Below the pieces are notes generated by a model. The model ran no database searches. It was not told the DNA's origin and saw only the letters and a program-made list of their open reading frames with translations. A stretch of 64,000 nucleotides of DNA from Hormiphora californensis (Eukaryota > Animalia > Ctenophora): contig CM035360.1 of NCBI GenBank assembly GCA_020137815.1, positions 2,914,001 through 2,978,000 of the forward strand, read 5' to 3'. Within the stretch, counting starts at the first letter, position 1. Every line of letters begins with the position of its first letter. The translations under genes and the position numbers were made by a program. Of this stretch, positions 48,870 through 64,000 are shown in pieces.

Positions 48870-50810
48870 AAAACTAAGGGAGTTAGACGTGGGAAGATGC
48901 ACAGGAAGGCTGAGATTGATGAAAGGTACAGGTTTGTTTTACCTAAACACCCAGATAACAGCAAAGGTGGCAGGCAGGATATTGGTGACGGCGGTCAAGG
49001 TAAAACTGGGGGTGATAAAGCTGGAAATGATCCAGAAGGTGATGATGGTGACAGTGATGACTCTCTCAGCTCAATAGAGGATCCTCCTACTTCTTCATCG
49101 TCCACTCCATTACCCACACCACCTGCACCAGTTGTATACCAACCTGGTGTAGTGCCTTCAATGGTAGCTCCTCCACCACCACCCCACTACGGACCACCTC
49201 ATTACCCGGCTTACCCGCCACCAGCTGCCCCACACTGCCCACCACCAGCTGCCACTCCCTACCCACCACACGCCCCACCTTACCCACCAGTAGGTCCACC
49301 TTACCCACCAGCAGGACCAGCCTACCCACCAGTAGGTCCACCCGCCCCACCATCAGCAGGCCCAGCCTACCCACCCGTCCCACCCTACCATGGACATCCC
49401 CATTATCCACCCTATGGCCACCCACCTTATCAGCACCACCCGGCAGCTCCCTTCCATCCCTACCAACACCCTGTCTACCCAGTTCAACTCGGCCACCCTG
49501 CTCCACCTTCCCATCCCGGCTACCCTGCCCATCCCCCACCTGCACATCCAGGATACCCTGCCCATCCCCCACCTGCCCATCACCCTGTCATGATTCCACA
49601 TCTCCCTGAGGTACAGCCCCAGGTTCCACTTTCCATACCCATGCTACCCCACCCCTCCAACCAATCACCCCAGCCCTCTGAATCTTCGTTGGACACAGAG
49701 TCAATGGCCACTAAGGTTTTAGCTCGTATCCTAGCGTCAGAGGTGGTTAAAGAGATGCTAAGTAATGAATCTGGGGGGCGAAAAGAGGAATCTTCGAAGG
49801 GGTCGCCCAAACGATACACTGGGGAAGGTGATGATGGTGGTGGTGATATTGATGGTGATGGTGATATTGATGGTGATGGTGATGGTCATGGTGGTCATGG
49901 TGATGATATTGATGATGGTGATATTGATGGTATTGATGGTGTTAGTGATCACGGTGATTGTGATGATGATCATGATGACAGCGAATTGAAAAAGCTAGAT
50001 AATGTGGTTCTAGAAGAAAGGCGACGGTTAAATGAAGGGGACCGGTATGGCGAGAGGCGGCAATCTCACTCCTCCAATATGGCAGAGGACAGTAGAATAG
50101 TTTCCCAAAAACGTGTTTTACTAAAGAGAGGGTCACGCGAAACAAGTTACCAAGGCAGCCGCATCAAAGAGAGCGGTTACCAAGGCAGCCGCATCAAAGA
50201 GAGCGGTTACCAAGGCAGCCGCATCAAAGAGAGTGGTTACCAAGGCAGCCGCATCAAAGAGAGTGGTTACCAAGGCAACCGCATCAAAGAGAGTAGTGAC
50301 CAAAGCAGCGGTTACAAAGAAAGTGGTTACCAAGGTAGTAGCTCAAAAGAGAGTGGTTACAAAGTAAGTGGTTACCTAGAAAGTGGTTACCAAGGCAGCC
50401 GCATCAAAGAGAGTGGTAACCAAGGCAGCGCTTACAGAGAGAGTGGTTACAAAGAAAGTGGTTACAAAGAGAGCGGTTACCAAAGCAGTCGCATGAAAGA
50501 GGGTGGCAGTGGTTACAAAGAGAGTGGTTACCAAGGCACCAGATACAGGGAGGGTGGTTACCAAGGCAGCCGCATGAAAGAGGGTGGTTACCAAGGCAGC
50601 GGTTACAAAGAGAGTGGTTACAAAGAGAGTGGTTACCAAGACACCAGATATCAAGACATCAGTTACCAAGGCAACAAAGATAGTGGTTACAAACGGGATA
50701 ATAGAGATGGAGATCGAATCGTTATGACAGTTCCTGGAGACTCCCACGCAGATCAGTTTACACACTATAACAAGAGGAGAGTTGTACGGCGTGTATCAGA
50801 TCAAGATTAA
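48870..50810 (+). CDS. Large terminal exon of a low-complexity protein (Pro/His/Tyr-rich, Asp/Gly-rich, ESGYQGSRIK repeats)
   Basis: ORF 48897-50810 is in frame with an acceptor at 48869. A likely upstream exon lies at about 48408-48659 but its frame is unresolved. No domain recognised. Confidence 0.65.
   Translation, partial: KTKGVRRGKMHRKAEIDERYRFVLPKHPDNSKGGRQDIGDGGQGKTGGDKAGNDPEGDDGDSDDSLSSIEDPPTSSSSTPLPTPPAPVVYQPGVVPSMVAPPPPPHYGPPHYPAYPPPAAPHCPPPAATPYPPHAPPYPPVGPPYPPAGPAYPPVGPPAPPSAGPAYPPVPPYHGHPHYPPYGHPPYQHHPAAPFHPYQHPVYPVQLGHPAPPSHPGYPAHPPPAHPGYPAHPPPAHHPVMIPHLPEVQPQVPLSIPMLPHPSNQSPQPSESSLDTESMATKVLARILASEVVKEMLSNESGGRKEESSKGSPKRYTGEGDDGGGDIDGDGDIDGDGDGHGGHGDDIDDGDIDGIDGVSDHGDCDDDHDDSELKKLDNVVLEERRRLNEGDRYGERRQSHSSNMAEDSRIVSQKRVLLKRGSRETSYQGSRIKESGYQGSRIKESGYQGSRIKESGYQGSRIKESGYQGNRIKESSDQSSGYKESGYQGSSSKESGYKVSGYLESGYQGSRIKESGNQGSAYRESGYKESGYKESGYQSSRMKEGGSGYKESGYQGTRYREGGYQGSRMKEGGYQGSGYKESGYKESGYQDTRYQDISYQGNKDSGYKRDNRDGDRIVMTVPGDSHADQFTHYNKRRVVRRVSDQD
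50146..50690 (+). repeat. 30-bp/15-bp coding tandem repeat (KESGYQGSRI)n
   Basis: GGTTACCAAGGCAGCCGCATCAAAGAGAGT units and shorter derivatives. Confidence 0.92.
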
Positions 50811-52551
50811 TGGGGCGTGGTATTTTACCTAAATTATTTTAGTTTTGACTACAATATTTTATTGTGTCTAGTCCCTAGTCTTTGATCGCAATGTTAGAAC
50901 TATATTATACTTGATTCCTAGCTAATATAGACTTTTTGTTGTTGGGAGTTTTGGTCTAGAAAATAGTATGTTATAACTCTAGCATATTTTAGACATGTCA
51001 TGTTTCCATAAATTATTTGTTAAATTATATGATAGGAGTTTTGATATTACCGCCCAGGGCCAGACCATGCAAGCTGGAACTGACCCGACATCGGAGCGTT
51101 ATAACGTTATAACATTGTTTGTTGCACTGTTAACGGGTGTTACATTCTCCTTGTTTTAAAAACACGAGTTCTATATCGCCCAACCTGATTTCAGTTTGTT
51201 GAAACAATTTCAGTAGTCTTATTCTTCAACCCAAATAAACAGTTCCTTCCAAATTCCCCCTTTTAACCTCTATTCCTTTTCCCAAAAGGCAAAAGTACGA
51301 ACGCTTCTCTTCCACCCCCCCCCCCTTTAAATCTCTATTCCCCTTGCAAACCCCCATCCACTTTTTAGTCTCTATCCCTCTTCCGAACCCGTTTTAATCT
51401 CTAGACTACCTTTATAACCACGACATCCTATATTCCCAGTATAGCTAGTATGTTGTATCAATCCTGAGACATCCTCTCTTCTGTGCTGCAGTAGGGTAAT
51501 GTGAGGCATTGATCCTCAGTCTGAACATGGAGATTTACGATGTGGACTCACTGTGTATTGTTCATACAAGGCTCACTGTGCTGTGTGACACCTTCATCAC
51601 CCAACTCTGGCACACTTTTCTTGCTCCATAAACGTAGGGCGCGCGGTCTCTCTTCTTATCCCAAACTCGCATCACGCGCGCATTATTCAGTTGTTTTTCC
51701 CACGCTGTTGAGATGCGCTGACAAGGGCCACCGCGACGGATGCACGTAATTCGATAGACGAATTCTTTGTATGTGTATGGGAAGGTAACCCCAACTTCCT
51801 ATCTCAGAATCAGGAATAAAACACAGCGGTTTTGAGGTTTATAAACTGCCTTCGTAAATCAACTTGACACATGACTGAGAAAATAAAGATATCTCTCTCC
51901 ATCGCTCCCTCCCTGTGTATAATATATCGGGAGCCGGCTCCACATGTATATAATGGATCATACAAGAATTCTCCTCTAAAATAATCGGCACACACACACA
52001 ACATTTCGCCCCGAAGATTGCACTTTTCTCGTTTTTCTTTTCTTATTTTTGACTGCTGGTAAAATACTGTTGCACATTTTCATCTCTCTAATACACTGAT
52101 TAAATTATTTCTCCTTTTTGACAAAGAATGGGTGGCTTGTAAACACTTTGTTATGTTCTAACCCTCCTTTCCGGTGGCGGCGTGGAGAGAGAGGGTCGAA
52201 CAAGGTAAGTACTGACTGTCGTACGGTGAAAAACTAGTCGGAGGGGGCAGTGAGACAGTATTAAACATGACAAGAAATTCTTAGGTATATTGCACGACAT
52301 TATTTCCCGCCCATACATTAGCCAATAATCAGTTAGCCAAAAACACACACACACACACACACAAAACTGTTAGGAAATATGCAAAAATAAAACTCCGTGG
52401 CACGGCCAGGTGTGATAATAATATGAAAATGAAATCTTACGATTCTCACCCCCAAAATAAAACAGGTAATCTCACTTTGAGTACATTATATATATATCCC
52501 AGATCCGATATATTATCGGATAATACTAATATTACTAATGGAGGACTGTAT

Positions 52552-52660
52552 CAGGAACCGACCGAACCAAGTAAACAACCAATCAGAACTCGTTATTTAG
52601 GTCACGTGACTGGTTATCAGCCAATCAGGGACCAGTATTTCCTGATTCGGTCGGTTCCTG
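52552..52660. mobile_element. hAT-like MITE with 8-bp TSD
   Basis: TIR CAGGAACCGACCGAA, TSD GACTGTAT (52544-52551, 52661-52668). Confidence 0.9.
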
Positions 52661-53722
52661 GACTGTATCAGTCGGTATAATATATAAAAGGGTGGTAGGT
52701 AGTAGTAGTAGTAGTGTTAGACGGATCCCCCGGAGTTCTGATCCCACGGTGGGTGCTACATTATTGGCGGCCAATATATGATGCAGCACCCACTGTGAGA
52801 GAAGAATTCAGGGGTCAGCTCCACCTGACTCCCATCTGCAAAAGTGCAGGAGAATTCAGGGGGAGCTCGTCCAACACAAAGTAAATATGATATGAGGCCA
52901 AATTTTGGCAGCTAACGTTTGGTATAACATGAAGATAGGAAATCCACATAGATTGTGAATTTATATATAACACACAAACGCACACACACACGCCTTCTTA
53001 CAGAGTGAGATGGCAATTTCCGAACTCTAATATTGAGTAAAAGGAATGCCAACCTTATCACTTTGAATAAGGCTGAGATCTGGTTTCGTGATGATAACGT
53101 TAAGGTAAAAAGTACTGACTATCGCAGCCATCCTCTTTATTTGTAACGCATCCAAAACTTATCACAAGCTGTTACTGATAAGCAAAAATATGTTAGCAGG
53201 ACCCTACAGGATCGAAAATGTAAACATGTTGCCGGTAAAAACATTTCTCTATTTTTTTCTTTTTTTGTCGGATTTTTTTATAAAAACAGTAAATCGGGAA
53301 ATATATTGTTTTCTCTCATCTCTCATCTTTCTAGAAAATTCTCTTTTTTTGATTAAACTGTTCTTTCTCTCTCCCTCCCTAATTTAAACTCGCTCATATG
53401 ATAAAGGGATTTCCGTAGAATTTTCCCGTTCTATCACAATCTAAGTATGGGGCCCTCCCTTATCGGTCACAGTGGGCGGCATCCACGTGTGGTTTAGTGG
53501 TAGGAACCCCTCTCTCTTTCTTTCTCTCTCTCCCCCTCCCTCTCTGACCTCTTGGGCGTTTTTTGGTAGTAAAATGAGACCCTAATACCAACGTGACAAA
53601 GATAAAAACGTTTCTCTCTCTCTATCTCTCCTTCTCTCGTTCTATCTCTTTTCCCGATCTCATAGCTTTCACTAGTACGAGATGCTACACACACACCACA
53701 CTTACGGCATCAGGTTCAGGTA

Positions 53723-53806
53723 CAGGGTGGGCCAGAAACATCGGAGAGCGAACTGTTTTGACACATTAGTTATCTCCAAGTGGCTCCATGTTTCTGGCCC
53801 ACCCTG
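53723..53806. mobile_element. Tc1/mariner-like MITE (TIR CAGGGTGGGCCAGAAACAT, TA TSD)
   Basis: Inverted termini flanked by TA. A related CAGGGTGT element lies at about 29594-29747. Confidence 0.8.
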
Positions 53807-53929
53807 TATAATATAATACTAACCTAATGATTGTTTTCAGTAGAATCCTTGATAAAAGGCAAAGTACGCTTCATACACGTGTGGGGCCCACCGTGGGATA
53901 TAACTCCTTCGAGATACACTCACTATCCT

Positions 53930-54420
53930 TCTCGCTCTCCCTCACACTCACTCTCCCTCACACTCACACACACACACTCTCTCTCTCACACAGCTATAAT
54001 AGACACACACTCTCTAGTCTCTAACTCTCTATCACGCATGTCACACACTCTCACACTCACACACTCTCTCTTTCACACATGTCACACACTCTCACACTCA
54101 CACTCTCTCTTTCACGACTCACACACACACTCTCTTTCACGACTCACACACTCTCACTCTCTTTCACACATGTCACACAGCTATAGACACACACTCTCTA
54201 GTCTCTTACTCTCTTTCACACATGTCACACTCTCTTTCACGACTCACACACTCTCTCTCACACAGCTATAATATACACACACTCTCTAGTCTCTTACTCT
54301 CTTTCACACATGTCACACACTCACACACACTCTCTTTCACGACTCACACACTCACACACACTCTCTTTCACGACTCACACACTCTCACACACTCTCTCTC
54401 TCTCTCACACTCTCACTCTC
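53930..54420. repeat. CA/CT-rich compound minisatellite
   Basis: Recurring CTCTTTCACGACTCACACA and CACATGTCACAC units. Confidence 0.9.
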
Positions 54421-55360
54421 GGAGTACACGGTGGGCAAATAAGGAATTTATCGCATTACATGAGGGGTATATATAACACGTTAATACAACACACAAACGA
54501 ACTATAGCTCGAATCTATAAAACCGGGAGGATGATTGATAACCCGTTTTTAGTAGGAGGCACTAGCGTGATACGCACGAAAATGTGTGCCAGACACACAC
54601 GTAAAATAAATGTAAAATGCATGTGTGTGGCGTGAATTTTCTGTGCATACCACGCTAGTGTCTCCTCCTATTTTATAAATCCGACCTACACAATCATGCA
54701 ACATAACTCAAGGATAAATAGGGGGTACAGTGCTCACTTAGACAGCAGGGGCAGGTTGGATAGGGTTCCTAAAGATCGGGGTGATGCACGGCATCCTGCA
54801 CGGCACCATGCACGGCACCATGCACGGCATCCTGCACAGTGTGGGATTTAATGCGAGGTGCCGTGTACCGTGATGTAAGCCCCAGTGCAAAGATTGTGCT
54901 AATTTGCGAATTTAGTTAGCAGCAAAAAATTAGTAAAAAAACACCTAAAAGTAGCAAAAATTCGCTGTACAGCAAAAACTAGACATCGTGGAGTGAAATA
55001 GATGCGTGCATCGTGTTCAGCGTCGAAAAATAGGTCGGGGTATGAAATTTGGTATCTCTACCTCATCTCAGTCGCGAAATTCGCATTTTTCTAATGCTGC
55101 CTAATCTAGCAGCAGCAGATGAGGCAGCAGATGAAGTGTAACTAAAGTCGGATTTTTTGAAGTTGTCACCCCAAAATGACCGCGCATGTGAAATTTATCA
55201 ATTTTCACGCACACACCACACGTTAACATGTGATGTGACGCGCAAAAACATTCCGCGCACGAGAAGGGGGGTGACAACTTCAAAAAATCCGACTTTATGA
55301 CAACCATGCTGCCATGCCGCGCGCACATATAAGAACGGGTAAAATTCTATATTTCCATCA

Positions 55361-55442
55361 GCCTCAGTGGTCGAGTGGTTAAGGCGATTGCCAATAATAC
55401 CATGTGCGAGCACATATGTGTGGGTTCGAATCCCGATGAATC
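55361..55442 (+). repeat. Degenerate tRNA-like sequence (long variable arm type) beside a foldback element
   Basis: A-box TGGTCGAGTGG and B-box GGTTCGAATCC. Anticodon and acceptor stems are broken. Inverted repeat AAAGTCGGATTTTTTGAAGTTGTCACCCC at about 55144-55297. Confidence 0.5.
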
Positions 55443-56729
55443 TTTTTTTTAAAACTTTTTCCTCGTTTGTGCAAAATAATTTTAACATTTTTTCTCTAAT
55501 GCTGACCACAAAAACATAGTTGTTAAACACAATTAATGTTATTGAGGTGAGCTTCAAAATTTGGTGGGAGCAAATTTTCGATAAAGTTTCTAGATTCGCA
55601 GCATTTTTTAAGATCTTTGCACTGGGACGTAAGCTTTCCCAATCCAACTTAACCTTACGTCCTATATACAGAAATATGGCTCACAAGTGAGGACCCATTC
55701 TTAGCAAGAAACATAGGTCACGTGATGCCCATATATGGGCATCACATGGTCACTTGTCTTCTTTTTTAGAGGTCCCCATATATAATACATTTGGTGGCTT
55801 TCTCTCTGTAGTGAACACTGCACAATTATAGTAGTTAATATCTCTCTCTAGGCGAGTATTTAAGTATTCACGTATCGGATAGGATCTTATCTATTTACAC
55901 AACTTTTACTAAAAGCAAGCATATACCAAGCCTTTGCTACAGCAGACGAGGGCACAATATATTAATAATAATAAGTTTTTATTTTTAAGGATATTTGAAC
56001 AGATATGTAGTTCATATTCGTAGAAAATATAATATATCTCGTCTGCAGTATCGAAGTCTTGGTGCGGTTAAGGTTCTTAAAATATTCATCATCTTCGAAC
56101 ATACATGATGATGGACGTACACTCATATAGCTCCCCAGTACACGCTCTCTGTCAAAAGTGCTCCTTCATAAACACTCTTACTCCTTCATAAACCACTTTA
56201 ATGGCAAACATGTAATGTAAAAGTGGTAACTGGTAAGATTTTTTTCGCCAAACAAACAGTCCTATTAGCTTGGGTTCGTTAGTTCTCTTACCTACATGCG
56301 TGCTTTAATACAAAGCTCTCTCCAAATATCACCATTATAGTGTTATTGAAGACAAAGGGTGTTTTGGTTTGTTGACATTATTTGATGTGGTTTTGGGAGG
56401 GGAGTTTCGTTAAAGTATTCACACACACACAGACCCCTAGGAGGCGCATATAATAGGTGTGAGCTCGCCCCAAAACTAATGCACGCACACTCTCTGGAGT
56501 ACAATGTGTGAACATGCAGTCCCAGGGGGGATATATTATATATGCAATAGTCTCAAGGGTTACATAAGTGGATTACATACATACAGAGGGTCTGTGAGTT
56601 TTGTGAGTATAGTGTAGTCGTTGGTTGGTATAAATATATTTATATATATAGATTGACGTCTCCGCCTTTCAAGCGAGAATCAACTGTGTTTCAAGCTTAT
56701 TTCCATTGTTGAGTTCTGCAGTTCCGCCG

Positions 56730-59911
<3,182 letters not shown>

Positions 59912-59916
59912 TCTTA

Positions 59917-60335
59917 CATATTACAAAATACGTCCTGTCACTAAAATGAGATGGGGGTTAGGATTTAGGACAGGGGGTAGGACGGGACATATTACAAAAT
60001 ACGTCCTGTCCCTAAAATGAGGTGGGGGTTAGGATTTAGGGGGGTTAGGACATGGGGACAGGACATATTACAAAATACGTCCTGTCCCTAAAATGAGATG
60101 GGGGTCAGGACAGTGGGATTAGGACATATTACAAAATACGTCCTGTCCCTAAAATGAGACGTGGGTTATGACATGGGGGTTAGGACAGGGGAAGAGGACA
60201 GGGGGAGTGGACAGGGGGAGACGACAGGGTTAGGACAGGGGGGAGGACATATTACAAAATACGTCCTGTCCCTAAAATGAGATGGTGGTTAGGACAGGGG
60301 GAGAGGACACAGTACAGTACTGTCCCTAAAATGAG
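59917..60335 (-). repeat. Variable-length tandem repeat spanning the acceptor of the first coding exon of the UBA-like gene
   Basis: ACATATTACAAAATACGTCCTGTCCCTAAAATGAG on + strand at about 59917, 59987, 60063, 60124 and 60248. Confidence 0.85.
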
Positions 60336-61186
60336 TTGTTAAGCTAAGTTCTAGCCATCCTTTACAATGGGGCTGAGCAAGGCAAAACATGAGATGGGGT
60401 TAGTAAAACGAACACTTTTTCGTTGTATTGTTCATACTACGGTGCAACAGCACAAATTTGTCGTTGTATTGTTCATACTACGGTGCAACAGCACAACTTT
60501 GTCGTGGTCATGGCGAGGGTAGCTAAATGATGAAAAATATAGAGAGTCGTTAATAACAATTTCGAACTATAATCTGAACTATCTCTGTGAGAATACAGCG
60601 AGCGAAGATATTATCTATCTTGTTCCTAAACAAGCAAGATTAATATTAATACTAATGGGACTGATGGGTTTGGGAAATATTTGAAAAGTTTAGCCTCCCA
60701 AGATGAATGCACAAATAGTTTCGAAAAATGGAGGCAAGAGGGACCAAGAGAAGGGATTTTAAAATATTATGCAGGAATGGCCGCGGGACCATGCAAAGTC
60801 CAGGAATAAAAAGAATAAATGAACGGATTTTTGGGGTTTTTTCTCCGCACATTATATTCAAACTTGTTACGTTCTAACCCTCCATTTGTTGCGGGGCGTG
60901 GTGGAACAAGGCAAATTCAAACATGGATATATTACTGTGCAATATTTTGTGCAGTCTACCAAAGGAATGAAGGAGCAAAAACAGCTGATGCAATTTATAT
61001 TCTGTGATCAAGTCTGTAGCAACAAATCGGGGTCTGGACAGTGGACATACAGACGAGAAGAGATTGAGGATGGCGGGAAAAAGAATAAAGGTCTAATAAA
61101 GGCCCAAAAAGAGTGGGAGAGAGAGAAAGAGATAGAAGACAGAGAGATTGAGAGATTGAGAGAGAGATAGAAGACAGAGAGAGAAT

Positions 61187-61274
<88 letters not shown>

Positions 61275-63027
61275 GAGAGAGAGACAGAGAGAGAGATAGA
61301 GAGAAAGAGAAAGAGGCAGAAGATATAGTGAGCTCATGTATGACAGGGAACCAGATATAAGGGGGGGATGGAATGCAGGAGGACCAAACACGGCTGAGTG
61401 AGCAAAGTAATCTAATAGATATAACCCGCCCAGTCTCCTCCCATCCGGCTAGACAGAGGGTGAAATTGAGATGGCGATAGCGAGAGAGAGAGATAGAAGA
61501 GATAGAAGGGGTGGGGGTGAGAGACAAATGTGTTTGCCGTGCAAGATACACACGTAACGTCATGAGAGAGGAGCGGTGCCGCCAAAAAGGGGGGCTTCAA
61601 TTTATATAAAGAGCTCGTACATGAGTTCGTATCGAGAACAACTGTGTGTGGGGAAACAAATAACAATGATGGGCGTGTCCCCCGCTAAGTAATAAGATCA
61701 GGATCAATCTGCTATCAGTCTTTTCATCTGGTACTGCAGGAGAGACAAGGGGGGATGATGGCCATGTTACATAACAATGCTGGTACAGGACTGCTGCAGT
61801 AGGAGAGACAAGGGGGGGGGATGATCAAAAAGAAAAGGGGGCCATCTGCCGGCAATGAGAGGAGGGTGATGCGGGTCACGCGTTGTAAAACGTACTCTTG
61901 GTCTCAGTTGTACTGCGAATACTTCTATCTTCTGGGCAGATCTTATTCAAAACACATATATATTGTGAAAGAAAGAGCTGTAGACGCGTTGCGTGTAAAT
62001 GGGGAAAGGAAATGAGGAGTAAAACTAAAGTAGACATTATTATACAATCAATAATAATAAACCCGGGTTTATATATAATCGCTGATACCCTTTACATGAC
62101 CAATGAAGCACCTCAAGCACTCGGAAGTCGTTTGGATCAGTCCTATGGGGAGTCGGAGAAGTATGATATGCAGAGACGGGTTGGGAAGATTTTCCAATAG
62201 AGAGTGACGATAAAAAATCGTCATTAGCAACATACTACAAAGGTCAGAACAAAAAGTGCCTGACAAGATATTTTGTGTGATGCAAGCTGTTCACCCTGTT
62301 CTTGTGGTCATTAGGAAAAGGGCGCTAGGCCATGGAAGTCTTTTTGGCCTTCCCGCGGCTCCAGTCTGGTCGGGATGCTGATTCTCACGCCGGACCGGCG
62401 AAACTTCAGTCATATCAGTTGAATATATTCGATTAAATTATTGTCGGGCCTTGGATTAATGCATAATTTAATTTGCAAAGGAGTGGCAGCAATGAGGCCA
62501 GCGACTGGAATTATATTTTTTGGAGCTTTCGCTAGATTTTTTAACATAAATGTGACTACAGCTATAACAGTCGGACCCCAATTTACCGGGATGCTCGCTC
62601 TGGGGAAGTTTATCCTCCCGGTAAATCAGATTTCCGGCAATTCGGGGTCCGACTGCAGTACTAGAACAAGAAGAAACGAATAAAATCAACACAAGTTAGA
62701 AGTATTAGTTCTGAAAGGAGAGAAGAGGCAGAAAGGATAAACCGGTTTGGTATGGCCCGGTGGCTTATGTCGGTCCGCGTGTTTTCAACTTTTTTTTTGA
62801 TAAACTGAAACACGTCTTTCTGCAGAAAGGGGGGCCGGGGGGGGGCGTCACTAATGTTTCTATGTATTATCTTTAAATCTAAACGATACTATAGAAGGAG
62901 CCAAACAAGACGGTGGCTTTTAATTCTCTTTTCATCTCTTTAGAAATCATCATAGCTCAATAACGATCGGTCCTAAATGTACACGATGCATGTGATACAC
63001 ATTACATGTGTTGTTTCTCCATTACAG

Positions 63028-63130
63028 GTGGGGCTATTACGTAGCAATATAACATATTCTGACAAGGATATGATTGAGACATGTGCTATGTTGAACTTTC
63101 TATTCAGTGTATTTGTTCCGTTATTGCCAG
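63028..63130 (+). CDS. Isolated candidate exon of an unidentified gene
   Basis: TTACAG acceptor, CAG|GTGAGC donor, open frame ending in hydrophobic MLNFLFSVFVPLLP. Confidence 0.3.
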
Positions 63131-64000
63131 GTGAGCTGTATTAGTTTCGGTTTAGTATTATACCATACGTAACGGTAACTAATCAATAACTTGTCAATTT
63201 TGAAGTATGATCTGTACAATGTTTGGTAATCACACTTGTTGGTACGAGATAGACTGGAAAATAGTGACATACATACAGAAGCATTGAGTCCAGTGGCCGC
63301 GGCAGTGACTAGGCCGCATTATCATATTCAGCATGAAACATGTGAAATTTGATGCACATAAATTATGAAGGCCCTCCTCCTCTCTGACCACTCATGTGTC
63401 TCACTGTTGATGGACATTGGACACTGCAGTTGGTACACACTTCTTGTGTTTTCTCATTGCCTTTCTTGCTCTATATCGATCCCTCACAGAGCGTGTATAA
63501 AATAAAATGCGGTGTATAGGCCATGACAGAAGGGTAGAATATCCCTTGTTCAGTGGGCCATATGATATGGGGGAATGGGGGGCCGGGGGAATGGCCTAGA
63601 ATGGTCGAGTAGAACATGCTGACATTTTACTTCCTGCATCCTATTACACACAACCTTTTAGAGTTCTCCCCTGTCTCGCTTTTGCAGGCCCTACCTTTGT
63701 AGTACATTGTACAAAGTACCAAATTGCCGTAACACTGCTGTTTTTTATTAGAGTGCTCACCTTGCTCTACCGAACAACCTCTCTCAGAGCACAGTGTTAT
63801 AGCTACCCTATTCTATCTATTTAGCAGAGAGTGTCTCTCCTTGCAGGGAATCACCCTACCATTTCACTACAATCCTGTTCATCTCATCATGAAATCTCTT
63901 TAGCAGGTCTGACCCTCTTCTATCTTTTATAGTAGCTAGTATGAAAGCTAACTTGAGACTCTTTGCCCTCACCCCCGAATCTACCTTGACACAAAACATC

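Overview
Eukaryotic (animal) genomic DNA with GT-AG introns, many microsatellites and dense non-autonomous DNA transposons. The repeat families and one secreted domain recall ctenophore (Pleurobrachia-like) sequence; this is from memory and was not checked. Genes I can reconstruct: the 3' part of CPSF2, with a single-exon GPCR nested on the same strand in its intron; a PHD-finger protein; a tandem pair of small RRM-like genes; a 4-EF-hand calmodulin-like gene; an F-box/LRR gene; beta-mannosidase; a small ciliary MIP-like gene; a secreted Sushi protein with an orphan antisense ORF in its probable intron; a Pro-rich protein; and a tiny Regnase-type UBA-only gene. Mobile DNA includes a CRE-clade retroelement, an L2-like 3' end, and MULE-, hAT- and Tc1-type non-autonomous elements. 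Two window-wide patterns are not explained by the annotation. (1) Tandem repeats copy a splice junction plus the exon edge into the adjacent intron in four unrelated genes. (2) RFX X-box-like palindromes (GTTNCCATGGNAAC) sit at the core of in-frame coding tandem repeats. Several conserved genes carry small frameshifts and 12.3-15.6 kb looks like noisy consensus, so pseudogene calls are provisional. All coordinates were read by eye.
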